Assembly: GCA_002792165.1 (NCBI GenBank)
Contig: PFNV01000040.1
Location: 1-57,996 of the forward strand
Length of the DNA stretch: 57,996 bases
Source: Candidatus Tagabacteria bacterium CG_4_10_14_0_2_um_filter_40_13
GTDB lineage: Bacteria > Patescibacteriota > Minisyncoccia > GCA-002779875
Direction of reading: 5' to 3'
The notes under the pieces were generated by a model. That model was not told where the DNA came from, did not search any database, and saw nothing but the letters and a program-made list of their open reading frames with translations. Shown in pieces: positions 1-8,302 of the stretch (position 1 is the first letter of the stretch; every line of letters starts with the position of its first letter). The translations under genes were made by a program, and so were the position numbers.

Positions 1-308
1 CTTGCCCGAAGAAGTAAGCGAACTTATTTTAGTTGTCGGTTATTTGGGCCAGCAGATAATGGATTTTTGCGGAGAAGAATTTTTCCTCTAATCTTGCTTC
101 AACCGGCGTGTTTTTGCTCGATACCAAAATTTTTGATTATGAAGCGGATATGCATCCTAACGGCGAATATTATCTGACCAGCGCTCTTTCAAAAATGTTA
201 AAAGCCGGCCACAAAGTTTACGCCGTAAAATCCACTTTATGGCTTCCCATCGGTTATCCGGAAGACATTGGAAAAGCCGAAAAAAAATTGCTAGAATTCA
301 ATATATGA
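1..308 (+). pseudogene. NTP_transferase-family sugar-phosphate nucleotidyltransferase remnant (two out-of-frame pieces, middle missing)
   Basis: Frame 2 (2..88) reads LPEEVSELILVVGYLGQQIMDFCGEEFFL, then TAA at 89..91. Frame 3 (60..308) reads ..NLASTGVFLLDTKIFDY..GEYYLTSA..GHKVYAV..WLPIGYPEDIGKAE. These match the N-proximal and C-proximal blocks of the family. The roughly 100 residues normally between them are absent. Confidence 0.55.
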
Positions 309-862
309 ATACAGCGATTTTTCAGTATTTGCATGGTTTTGCCGATCAAAGTGTTTGTTTTGATTCAATCATCATTTTTTGCGCTCAATATCTTTCCTAT
401 ATAATGATAGCGGTTTTAGGTTTGTTTTTGATTTTTGGCAAAGACAGAAAGCGGGAATTGAAAATGATTTTTTATGCTATCGCCGGTGTTATTTTGAGCC
501 GTTTAGTCATCGTTGAAATTATCCGCTATTTTTATCCGGTAACTCGGCCTTTTGTTGTTTATCAATTTACGCCTCTGATTTACGATTACGCCAGTTCTTT
601 TCCTTCGGGCCACGCGGCGTTTTTCTTCGCTCTTGCGACAATAGTATTTTTATTCCATAAAAAATGGGGCATTGCCTATTTTTTGGGAGCTATTATAATA
701 TCCATAAGCCGAATTATGGCCGGAGTTCACTGGCCGATGGATATTTTGGGAGGAATTTTAGTAAGCATTGGAGCAGCTATTGTGATTTTTAAATTTTGCG
801 AAAGAAAACAATTTTTTCAAATTCTAGGTGTGGGCGCGCAAAATTTGCGAAGCAAATTTTAG
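305..862 (+). CDS. PAP2-family phosphatase (undecaprenyl-diphosphatase-like membrane protein)
   Basis: Multi-TM ORF with PAP2 motifs PSGH..(FFFALA) and SR..AGVHWP.D. ATG at 305 chosen; the ORF is open from 239. Confidence 0.75.
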   Translation: MNTAIFQYLHGFADQSVCFDSIIIFCAQYLSYIMIAVLGLFLIFGKDRKRELKMIFYAIAGVILSRLVIVEIIRYFYPVTRPFVVYQFTPLIYDYASSFPSGHAAFFFALATIVFLFHKKWGIAYFLGAIIISISRIMAGVHWPMDILGGILVSIGAAIVIFKFCERKQFFQILGVGAQNLRSKF

Positions 863-901
863 GGATAAGGAATTTGAAAAATTTTGTTTTCTGAAGCACC
901 T

Positions 902-2230
902 ATGGTCAAAACTCGCCTATTAGCAATTTTTATTCTTTTAATGGGAGCCTTAATCGGCTATTTTATCGTTGCTCCGCATGTGAATCCCGGCAGTATTTTT
1001 GACCGTCTTCCTTTTCGGCTCGGCCTTGATCTTAAAGGCGGCGCGCATCTTACTTACAAAGCAGATACCGCGTCTTTAGGCAGCGGAGAAATCGGAGAAG
1101 CGATGGCGGGTTTGCGCGATGTTATAGAGCGCAGAGTAAATATGTACGGCGTTACAGAATCGGTTGTTCAGGTTGAACAAAGCGGCAGCGCGTTCAATCC
1201 TTTAGAAAGGGAACAACGGTTGATTGTTGAATTGCCGGGCGTCGTTAATTTGGATGCGGCGATTAAAATGATCGGCGCTACGCCTTATTTGGAATTTAAA
1301 ACCGAGCGCATGGAAACAGACAGAGATATAATTTTGGAAGCCCAGAAAAAAAATGAGCGGATGAACGAAGATCCTTATTTTATTCCCACATTGCTCACCG
1401 GCCGTTATCTTCAAAAAGCAACTTTGGATTTTAACCAAACAACATACGAGCCGAGCATTCTTCTCAGCTTCAATAAAGAAGGCGAAGAACTTTTTGCTCA
1501 AATTACAAAAGAAAATGTCGGTCATCGCGTGGCTATTTATCTTGACGGCGCGCCAATTTCCGTTCCGGTCGTAAGAGAAGAAATAACAAGCGGACAGGCG
1601 CAAATTACAGGTGATTTCAAAGCGCAAGAAGCCAAAGAATTAGTGAGAAATCTTAATTCCGGCGCGTTACCAATCCCTATTACTCTTATTTCCCAGCAGA
1701 GTATCGGCGCGTCGCTTGGCGAAGCGGCCCTTCAAAAAGACCTTTGGGCGGGACTTATCGGTATTTTGGCGGTGGCTTTATTTTTGATTTTTTGGTATCG
1801 TGTGCCGGGTTTTATTGCGGTTGTCGCGCTTTGCATTTATGTGGTTTTATCACTTTTCATTTTTAAATTGATTCCGGTCACTTTGACCGCAGCAGGCATC
1901 GCCGGCTTTATTTTATCGGTTGGTATGGCTGTTGACGCCAATATTCTTATTTTCGAAAGAATGAAAGAAGAAGTGCGTTTGGGAAAAACTCTGCAAACTT
2001 CAATAGAAGAAGGGTTTCACCGCGCATGGCCATCTATCCGCGATTCCAATATTTCCAGCCTTATTACATGTTTTATTCTTTATTGGATGGGAACATCCAT
2101 GGTCAGAGGTTTTGCTTTGACTTTAGGTATAGGTATTTTAATCAGTATGTTTTCAGCTGTCGTTATCAGCCGGACATTTCTTTTAGCATTAGGTCTTAAA
2201 GAATCAAAATGGTACGTAATCGCAAAATAA
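902..2230 (+). CDS. secD: protein translocase subunit SecD
   Basis: LGLDLKGGAHL motif and a C-terminal 6-TM block. Overlaps secF by 22 nt. Start is uncertain: TTG 884 or ATG 902. Confidence 0.9.
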   Translation: MVKTRLLAIFILLMGALIGYFIVAPHVNPGSIFDRLPFRLGLDLKGGAHLTYKADTASLGSGEIGEAMAGLRDVIERRVNMYGVTESVVQVEQSGSAFNPLEREQRLIVELPGVVNLDAAIKMIGATPYLEFKTERMETDRDIILEAQKKNERMNEDPYFIPTLLTGRYLQKATLDFNQTTYEPSILLSFNKEGEELFAQITKENVGHRVAIYLDGAPISVPVVREEITSGQAQITGDFKAQEAKELVRNLNSGALPIPITLISQQSIGASLGEAALQKDLWAGLIGILAVALFLIFWYRVPGFIAVVALCIYVVLSLFIFKLIPVTLTAAGIAGFILSVGMAVDANILIFERMKEEVRLGKTLQTSIEEGFHRAWPSIRDSNISSLITCFILYWMGTSMVRGFALTLGIGILISMFSAVVISRTFLLALGLKESKWYVIAK

Positions 2231-3114
2231 CATATATTTTTTCGATAGCGCTGGTAGTCGTAAGTCTTTCTGCTCTTTTCGCATGGAAACTGAAATTAGG
2301 CATCGATTTTACCGGAGGTTCTTTGCTTGAAGCTGAATATGCCGACGGTCGTCCTGAAATTTCAAAGATACAGCAATCCGTTGACGGATTGGGTTTCGGC
2401 AATATTGTTTTACAGCCTTCCGGAGAAAAAGATTTAATTGTCCGTCTTAAAGATTTGTCGGCAGAAGAGCATAAAGCGCTACTTGATGCTTTAAAAATTG
2501 AAGGAAAAACTCCGATGGAGAAGCGTTTTGATTCCATTGGCCCGGTTATCGGAAAGGAATTAAAGCGTAAATCTTTGATAGCGATTGGGATTGTTGTTCT
2601 TATGATTATTCTTTATATTGCTTGGGCTTTTCGGAAAGTTTCCCGGCCGGTTTCTTCGTGGAAATACGGCGTTGTCGCGGTTATCGCGCTTATACATGAC
2701 ATTACAATTCCCACCGGCGTATTTGCTTTTCTGGGCCATTTTAAAGGCGTTGAAGTAGACATACTTTTTATTACAGCGCTTCTTACAACTTTAGGATTTT
2801 CCGTTCATGATACGATCGTTGTTTTTGACAGAATCAGGGAAAATTTGAGAAGAGATGCCGGTAAAAGTTTTCCGGAAGTTGTCGAACATAGCATCAGACA
2901 GACATTAGCGCGCTCAATCTTTACTTCAATGACGGTGATTCTGGTTCTTATCGCGCTTTTATTGTTTGGCGGCCCCTCCACTAAATATTTTTCCCTTGCC
3001 TTGCTTTTGGGCGTTACTTTCGGAACTTATTCCTCGATTTGTTTAGCCAGTCCGCTTTTGGTAACTTGGCAAAAATGGAACGAAAAGACAAAACAGGAAA
3101 AACTAAAAAGATAA
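2209..3114 (+). CDS. secF: protein translocase subunit SecF
   Basis: GIDFTGGS motif and a 6-TM C-terminal block, directly after secD. Confidence 0.9.
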   Translation: MVRNRKITYIFSIALVVVSLSALFAWKLKLGIDFTGGSLLEAEYADGRPEISKIQQSVDGLGFGNIVLQPSGEKDLIVRLKDLSAEEHKALLDALKIEGKTPMEKRFDSIGPVIGKELKRKSLIAIGIVVLMIILYIAWAFRKVSRPVSSWKYGVVAVIALIHDITIPTGVFAFLGHFKGVEVDILFITALLTTLGFSVHDTIVVFDRIRENLRRDAGKSFPEVVEHSIRQTLARSIFTSMTVILVLIALLLFGGPSTKYFSLALLLGVTFGTYSSICLASPLLVTWQKWNEKTKQEKLKR

Positions 3115-3653
3115 TCATAAAACGAATTGTCGTCGGTCCTATTGAAACAAATTGCTATTTGGTCGCCGACAATAGAACGAGAGAAACAGTTATTATTGAC
3201 CCGGGCGGCGAGCCCGAAAAAATTTTCAGCGCGATAAAAGAAAATGGATTAAAACCGCGATTCATTCTTTTAACCCACGAGCACCCCGACCACACGGGTG
3301 CCTTGGAAGCCGTTTCGGAATTTTTAAATATCAAGCTTCGCAAAGTAAAAGATGGCGAAGAAATAAAAATAGGGGATTCGAATATAAAAATTATTGCAAC
3401 CCCTGGTCACAGCGCAGAAAGCGTTTGTTTTATTGTCAGCGACCCCGCCGATGGCGGGGCAGGTAATATTTTTAGCGGCGATACGTTATTTTATCGAGGC
3501 ATCGGCAGGACGGATTTGGAAGGCGGTGATTTTATTCAGATCCAGAAATCCTTGAAATACTTAATGAAATTTCCCGATAATTTCAAAGCTTGGCCCGGTC
3601 ACGGCCCGAAGACGACAATAGGGGAAGAGCGAGAATTAAACCCGTTTTTATAA
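3075..3653 (+). CDS. MBL-fold metallo-hydrolase
   Basis: HEHPDH (HxHxDH) motif, TPGHS and GDTLF blocks. ATG 3075 chosen; the ORF is open from 3039 and overlaps the secF end. Confidence 0.8.
   Translation: MERKDKTGKTKKIIIKRIVVGPIETNCYLVADNRTRETVIIDPGGEPEKIFSAIKENGLKPRFILLTHEHPDHTGALEAVSEFLNIKLRKVKDGEEIKIGDSNIKIIATPGHSAESVCFIVSDPADGGAGNIFSGDTLFYRGIGRTDLEGGDFIQIQKSLKYLMKFPDNFKAWPGHGPKTTIGEERELNPFL
3443..3459. repeat. GC-rich 7-bp-stem hairpin (CCCCGCC gat GGCGGGG) inside the MBL hydrolase CDS
   Basis: Perfect inverted repeat read directly. It encodes ..DPADGGAG.. and is followed by CAGG, giving the 9-mer CGGGGCAGG that is also present on the coding strand of fmt. Confidence 0.7.
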
Positions 3654-3722
3654 TGTGCGTTGACGATGATGTTATTTTAATGTTAGTCTTATAAAAACGT
3701 TCTTTTATAAAGGAGGCATCGG

Positions 3723-4343
3723 ATGCTGATTATCTTTGATCTTGATGGGGTTTTACTTGGAGCGTCGTGGAGGGGGTTGTTCGAGGCGTATAAAGAGATG
3801 ATTTCCGTCGCTGGCAAGGATTACAGAAAATATTTCACCACTTTTAGGGAATTTAAAGAATGGTGGAGCCCCGATTGGCAGGAAAACATCGGGAAAATTG
3901 GCATTAGGGAAAAAGATTTAGGCGAAGCACACGAAAATTTTTACAGAATCTATAATTCTTATGCTTATTTGTTTGCGTGGTCTAGTAAAGTTGTTTGCGA
4001 ATTAGCTAAAAGTCATCAATTGTCTATTTTCACCAATAGACATAGTTCGAGCGCCAGAACACTTATAAAGCCGATTTCAAGGCACTTTGCTTGTATTATC
4101 GGTGGCGAAGACGTGCGGAGATTAAAACCGGACCCCGAAGGCATATATAGAATTTTGTCTATTTTGGAAAAAGAAGAAGAAAATACTTTGATGATTGGCG
4201 ATATGCCGGAGGATATTATAGCGGGAAAACTTGCCGGCATAAAAACCGGCGCGGTAAAGTGGGGATTGGGAGATTGGAAAAATCTTTTGGCCGAAAATCC
4301 TGACTATACATTTGAAAAATATAAAGATTTATTGCGGATTTAA
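3723..4343 (+). CDS. HAD-family hydrolase (phosphatase-like)
   Basis: N-terminal IFDLDGVL (DxDG) motif and C-terminal GD.PEDI. AAAGGAGG SD lies 6 nt upstream of the ATG. Confidence 0.75.
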   Translation: MLIIFDLDGVLLGASWRGLFEAYKEMISVAGKDYRKYFTTFREFKEWWSPDWQENIGKIGIREKDLGEAHENFYRIYNSYAYLFAWSSKVVCELAKSHQLSIFTNRHSSSARTLIKPISRHFACIIGGEDVRRLKPDPEGIYRILSILEKEEENTLMIGDMPEDIIAGKLAGIKTGAVKWGLGDWKNLLAENPDYTFEKYKDLLRI

Positions 4344-4370
4344 AAAAGGAGCGACATAGTCGCTCCTTTT
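4344..4370 (+). terminator. rho-independent terminator after the HAD gene
   Basis: GGAGCGAC-ata-GTCGCTCC 8-bp stem flanked by an A-run and TTTT. Confidence 0.7.
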
Positions 4371-4535
4371 AAATTTTATCTAAATCCAGTAAATTTTTAA
4401 CAAAATACAGCTAATTTATTATGTCAAGTACGGATTTGAAGGCTTGGAGCAGGGAGTTTTTTAAAAATTTTATCACAGTATAATTTAAGGAAGACAAAAT
4501 TATTGTATCCCATGTTATAATTAACATAAAAGGCT

Positions 4536-4787
4536 ATGGAATGGTTTAAGCAACAAATGGAACTATGGCCTCGAATAATTACTCCGGAAGAATTAAATGA
4601 AGAACTGGAAAAGGCAGCAAGGCGGGGAAGAAGAAAGGGCGAGGACCTGGTCTCTAAAGAAGAGACCACTAAAGCCTTGGAAGGAAAAGAAGCGACACCG
4701 ATTAAAATTTGCTCCCGAAAGAAAAATCTTGAAGAAGTTAAAAAGATTATCAGAATACTTTCAGAATCTGAAGCGAAGAAAATATAA
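4536..4787 (+). CDS. small highly charged hypothetical protein (83 aa)
   Basis: ORF only, with no recognisable motif. It ends 15 nt before the DUF763 gene on the same strand. Confidence 0.35.
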   Translation: MEWFKQQMELWPRIITPEELNEELEKAARRGRRKGEDLVSKEETTKALEGKEATPIKICSRKKNLEEVKKIIRILSESEAKKI

Positions 4788-4802
4788 ATTAAAAAAATAA
4801 TA

Positions 4803-5963
4803 ATGCAACGGGGAATCGCAACTTTTACGCTTGATTACGGAAAGTGTCCGGCTTGGTTGTTTGAACGGATGAAAAGGTTAGGAAAGGAAATGGCGCAAGT
4901 GATTGTAATGGAATATGGTCCCGAGGAATTCATTAAACGCCTTGCGGATCCGGTCTGGTTTCAATCTTTAGGAACGGTACTTGCTTTCGATTGGAACGCT
5001 TCCGGGCTTACGACAATTCTTACCGCCGCTTTGAAGGAAGCATTGAGGGGTGAGGAAAAGGAACTCGGAATTTTTATTTGCGGCGGAAAAGGGAAAACTT
5101 CCCGAAAAACTCCCGCACAAATCCAAAATTGGGGACAAAATTTGAATTTTTCGTCTCTTCAGGTTAAAAATTTGATTTATAACTCTAAAATGGCCGCCAA
5201 AGTGGACAGTTCTTTAGTCCAAGACGGCTTTCAGATTTATCATCATTCCTTCTTTTTTACAAAAAGCGGCGCATGGACAGTAGTACAACAAGGGATGAAT
5301 ATGGCCAGTCAAACAGCCCGCAGATACCATTGGTTTTCTGAAAATATTAAGGATTTGGTTTGCGAGCCCCATTCTGGCATTAGCTCGGAATTAAGGGTGC
5401 CAACATTGAATTTAGTGGCTCAACAAAGCCAAAATACGCGTCAAATGAGTACGGAATTGGTTCAATCCGGCTATGCTACTTTAATGAAAGATATTGAGCT
5501 TTTACGCCATAATTCTTCGGAATTGCATAAAATGGCTCAATTGCGGCTAAAAGATGATAATTTAACCCTTTTACAACTTGAAAATAAAGAATTTACCTGG
5601 TATCCGGTCGCTATTGAAGATTTTTCGAAAAGCCGTTATTTAAAAAAGATTTTAGCCAAAATTTGCGACCAAAAGCCTGAAAATTATGAATGTTTATTAA
5701 GCCAAGACGGCGTTGGGCCGAAAACTATCAGGGCGCTTGCACTGGTATCTGAAGTTATTTACGGCGCCGAACCTTCATACGAAGATCCGGCAAGATACAG
5801 TTTTGCGCATGGCGGAAAAGACGCCACGCCTTATCCCGTGGATAGGATTACATACGACCAGACTATTGAAACAATGAAGAAAGTTGTGGCAAAAACAAAA
5901 ATCGGCATTTTTGAAAAGCAGAAAATACTCAAACGTCTTGAAAAAAGCTATAACGGAGTATAA
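4803..5963 (+). CDS. DUF763-family protein
   Basis: Blocks I recall as typical of DUF763: N-terminal L.YGK.P.WLFERM..LG, WFQS.G, DWN.SG.TT, CGGKGK.SR.TP, VVQQGMN, ARRYHW. The C-terminal part has an HhH-like GVGPKTIRAL. Confidence 0.7.
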   Translation: MQRGIATFTLDYGKCPAWLFERMKRLGKEMAQVIVMEYGPEEFIKRLADPVWFQSLGTVLAFDWNASGLTTILTAALKEALRGEEKELGIFICGGKGKTSRKTPAQIQNWGQNLNFSSLQVKNLIYNSKMAAKVDSSLVQDGFQIYHHSFFFTKSGAWTVVQQGMNMASQTARRYHWFSENIKDLVCEPHSGISSELRVPTLNLVAQQSQNTRQMSTELVQSGYATLMKDIELLRHNSSELHKMAQLRLKDDNLTLLQLENKEFTWYPVAIEDFSKSRYLKKILAKICDQKPENYECLLSQDGVGPKTIRALALVSEVIYGAEPSYEDPARYSFAHGGKDATPYPVDRITYDQTIETMKKVVAKTKIGIFEKQKILKRLEKSYNGV

Positions 5964-5972
5964 TTAAAAAAT

Positions 5973-6425
5973 ATGATGTTAAGATGCCCACTTTTTCGAA
6001 ATAATGGTAATTTTCCAAGCCGGTTTACATGCGATGGAGCGAATGTAAATCCGCCTTTGATAATTGAAGATGTTTCAAGAGATGCTAAAAGTTTGGTTTT
6101 GATTGTTGAAGACCCTGATGCCACGGGAGGTTTAGTTTTTACCCATTGGATTATTTGGAATATTCCGCCCGATATAATAGAAATTCCGGAGGGACAATTG
6201 CCTCGCGAAGCCAAAGAGGGAAGAAATGATTTCGGCGAAGAGAAATACGGCGGGCCTTGTCCTCCTAGAAATGCCCGGCCGCACCGTTACGTGTTTAAAC
6301 TCTATGCCCTGAATATTGCCTTGGACCTGCATAGCAGCTCAGAAAAACACAAAGTAGAACAGGCAATGGAGGGCCATATTCTTGAATATACAACATTAAC
6401 GGCTATGTATGGCCGAGTTACATAA
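5973..6425 (+). CDS. YbhB/YbcL (PEBP / Raf-kinase-inhibitor-like) family protein
   Basis: VEDPDA..FTHW..NIP and GPCPP...HRYVFKLYAL motifs. Confidence 0.8.
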   Translation: MMLRCPLFRNNGNFPSRFTCDGANVNPPLIIEDVSRDAKSLVLIVEDPDATGGLVFTHWIIWNIPPDIIEIPEGQLPREAKEGRNDFGEEKYGGPCPPRNARPHRYVFKLYALNIALDLHSSSEKHKVEQAMEGHILEYTTLTAMYGRVT

Positions 6426-6429
6426 CGTT

Positions 6430-7326
6430 CTATAGATATTTTTCAAAATTTTTATTTGGATTTCCGCGCAGGTAATCTTCAAAACTCATTTCATTTTTTC
6501 CTTCCGGTTTAACGCGTTTTATTTTTAACGCGTTATTTTTTATTTCGGCTTGTGTAATAATTAATCTCTTCCCTTCAATAAAAGCGTATGCGCCAGGCCA
6601 AGGAGTAAAAGCGCGTATTTCTCTTTCTATTGTTTCCGCCGGCTCCCTCCAGTCAATCAGCCCATCTTCTTTTGTGATTTTTTTGCAATAAGTCGCTTTT
6701 GAGTGGTCTTGTTCCTGCGGTTTGATTTTTTCTTTAATCCATTTGGGAATAATCTCAATTAATAATTTTGCTCCCAATTCAGATAATTTTTCTTTTAGCT
6801 CTTTATAATAGAGATTTGAGATTTGAGATTTGCCTGCCCCGTGGGCTTGTCCTTCGGGGAGATTTGAGATTTTTAATATTGGTCCCTCGTCCATTTTTTC
6901 ATTGAGCAACATAATACTTATGCCTGTTTTTTTGTCACCGGCTAAAATTGTCGATTGAATAGGCGAAGCGCCGCGCCAACGGGGAAGAAGAGAGGGATGA
7001 ATATTTAGAAATCCATATTTTGGAATATCCAGTATTTCTTTGGTAAAAATCATTCCAAAAGCCGCGATAACAGCCAAATCCGGACGCAATTTCTCTATTA
7101 TTTCCAAAAGTTCATCCTTATTTTCCGGCTGATATACGGGCAAACGATATTTTTCCGCTAAAATTTTAACCGGCGATGGTGTTAAAATCTGTTTTCTGCC
7201 AACTGGCTTATCAGAGCTGGTAATTACGCCCACTATCTGATAGCCGTTATTTATCAACGCCTCCAGCGGCTTTATCGCAAACTCCGGCGTCCCCAAAAAC
7301 ACGATTTTTAAGATTTTTTTGTCCAT
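6430..7326 (-). CDS. fmt: methionyl-tRNA formyltransferase
   Basis: FLGTPEFA N-terminus, NIHPSLLPRWRGASPIQ formyltransferase block and a C-terminal Fmt domain. Confidence 0.9.
   Translation of the reverse strand: MDKKILKIVFLGTPEFAIKPLEALINNGYQIVGVITSSDKPVGRKQILTPSPVKILAEKYRLPVYQPENKDELLEIIEKLRPDLAVIAAFGMIFTKEILDIPKYGFLNIHPSLLPRWRGASPIQSTILAGDKKTGISIMLLNEKMDEGPILKISNLPEGQAHGAGKSQISNLYYKELKEKLSELGAKLLIEIIPKWIKEKIKPQEQDHSKATYCKKITKEDGLIDWREPAETIEREIRAFTPWPGAYAFIEGKRLIITQAEIKNNALKIKRVKPEGKNEMSFEDYLRGNPNKNFEKYL
6811..6872. repeat. GAGATTT heptamer repeats (3 + 2 copies) flanking a 27-nt GC-rich core, in frame inside fmt
   Basis: GAGATTT x3 at 6811..6831. Core GCCTGCCCCGTGGGCTTGTCCTTCGGG at 6832..6858. 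GAGATTT x2 at 6859..6872. Encodes KISNLPEGQAHGAGKSQISNL. Confidence 0.85.
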
Positions 7327-7444
7327 ATGAATTATGTTATCACGTGAATTATTTTTAATCTACGGCATCGCTCATAGGTTATAAGTTATAGATGTTAGAG
7401 TAGATGATAAATAAAATGCTTATTTTATTTTACCCTCAATTTAT

Positions 7445-7486
7445 AAAGTATATAAATTAACCGATCGGAGAAATTATATACTTTTG
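7445..7486 (+). repeat. 42-bp CCGATCGG-centred palindromic element, copy A
   Basis: AAAGTATATAAATTAACCGATCGGAGAAATTATATACTTTTG. 39/42 identical to the reverse complement of copy C (32494..32535). Confidence 0.8.
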
Positions 7487-7576
7487 AACTTTTATTTTTT
7501 AAAATAAAAATATTAAAAATATAAAGAGTTTTGTCAACGCTTAAAATACGCTATAAATTCTTTTAAAAATTTTATC

Positions 7577-8233
7577 TTATAGGGAGGACTTTATTAAATC
7601 TTTAAAGTGATACAAAACCTTTCCATCTTCCATCTCATCAATTAAAAATAATTTTACAAATGGCTTAATGTTCAGTTGCTCTTTAAGAAATTCAATTTCC
7701 TCCGTGCAAGGAAACGGGTAAATCCAGGCGCTCTTTTGGCATTGATAAAAACCGAGGTTTTTAAGTTTTTGCCGCAAGGCGGCCCGCGCCTTTTGTCTTG
7801 TTTCGGGGATATCAAAAATTAGCAATCTCCATTTGCCATCCCATTTTTTAGGTTTTGCCAAAACCATTTCGTTTAAAATAAATTTTTTGATTTTCTCCTT
7901 TCCCTTCTCGGTTGTTTTATAAATCAGATAACCATCTTTTTCTTCCAAAAATTCAAGAGCACGCTGTTTTTTTAAAATATGAAAACTTTGCCATATTCTT
8001 CTGTAATTTTCGTACCGTTGTTTCTTGCGTCGTGCCATGATGTTGGTAAAAAAGGAAAACGCATTAGGTGCCATAATCCCGAAAGTTAAAACGCCGCCAA
8101 AAGCGATTAAGACCAGAGCGGCGCGAAGCGCAGTTTTTGCCTTTTCGTTTTCCCTCACGATTTTTATAAGTTCTTTTTGAAAAGATGATTCGAGAGTGGT
8201 CTCAAATTTAATCGGTTTGTGCTTTCTGGCCAT
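7577..8233 (-). CDS. PaaX-like protein: N-terminal TM segment, wHTH-like middle, Cas2-fold (PaaX_C-like) C-terminal domain
   Basis: KKWDGKWRLLIFDIPETRQKARAALRQKLKNLGFYQCQKSAWIYP matches the W.G.W..v.FDIPe..R..R..L...L..lGF..lQ.SvW..P block of PaaX/Cas2-like domains. Hydrophobic stretch ALVLIAFGGVLTFGIMAPNAFSFF. Paralog at 31362..31919. Confidence 0.55.
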   Translation of the reverse strand: MARKHKPIKFETTLESSFQKELIKIVRENEKAKTALRAALVLIAFGGVLTFGIMAPNAFSFFTNIMARRKKQRYENYRRIWQSFHILKKQRALEFLEEKDGYLIYKTTEKGKEKIKKFILNEMVLAKPKKWDGKWRLLIFDIPETRQKARAALRQKLKNLGFYQCQKSAWIYPFPCTEEIEFLKEQLNIKPFVKLFLIDEMEDGKVLYHFKDLIKSSL

Positions 8234-8248
8234 ATATCATTATACTAT

Positions 8249-8277
8249 ATTTTATTCTTGAATAGTATAAAAATCAA
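8249..8277 (-). promoter_or_regulatory. candidate sigma70-type promoter of the PaaX-like gene
   Basis: On the minus strand: TTGATT (8277..8272), 17 nt spacer, TAAAAT (8254..8249). A perfect TATAAT also lies at 8244..8239, 5 nt before the ATG. No SD is visible. Confidence 0.4.
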
Positions 8278-8302
8278 CTGATCGGAGAAAAAATACACTT
8301 TA
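8262..8302 (+). repeat. 42-bp palindromic element, copy B (degenerate, CTGATCGG core)
   Basis: ATAGTATAAAAATCAACTGATCGGAGAAAAAATACACTTTA. About 36/42 identical to copy C by hand count. Overlaps the SET gene stop codon. Confidence 0.7.

Noticed and set aside
4424-4800. Overlapping ORFs 4424..4669 (-) and 4597..4800 (+)
   Set aside because: They overlap the 4536..4787 ORF in other frames. None has a motif. I kept only the frame that ends just before the DUF763 gene, and at low confidence.
6811-6872. CRISPR-like or minisatellite array
   Set aside because: The repeat unit is only 7 nt with 5 copies, lies inside the fmt ORF and stays in frame. This is not CRISPR architecture.
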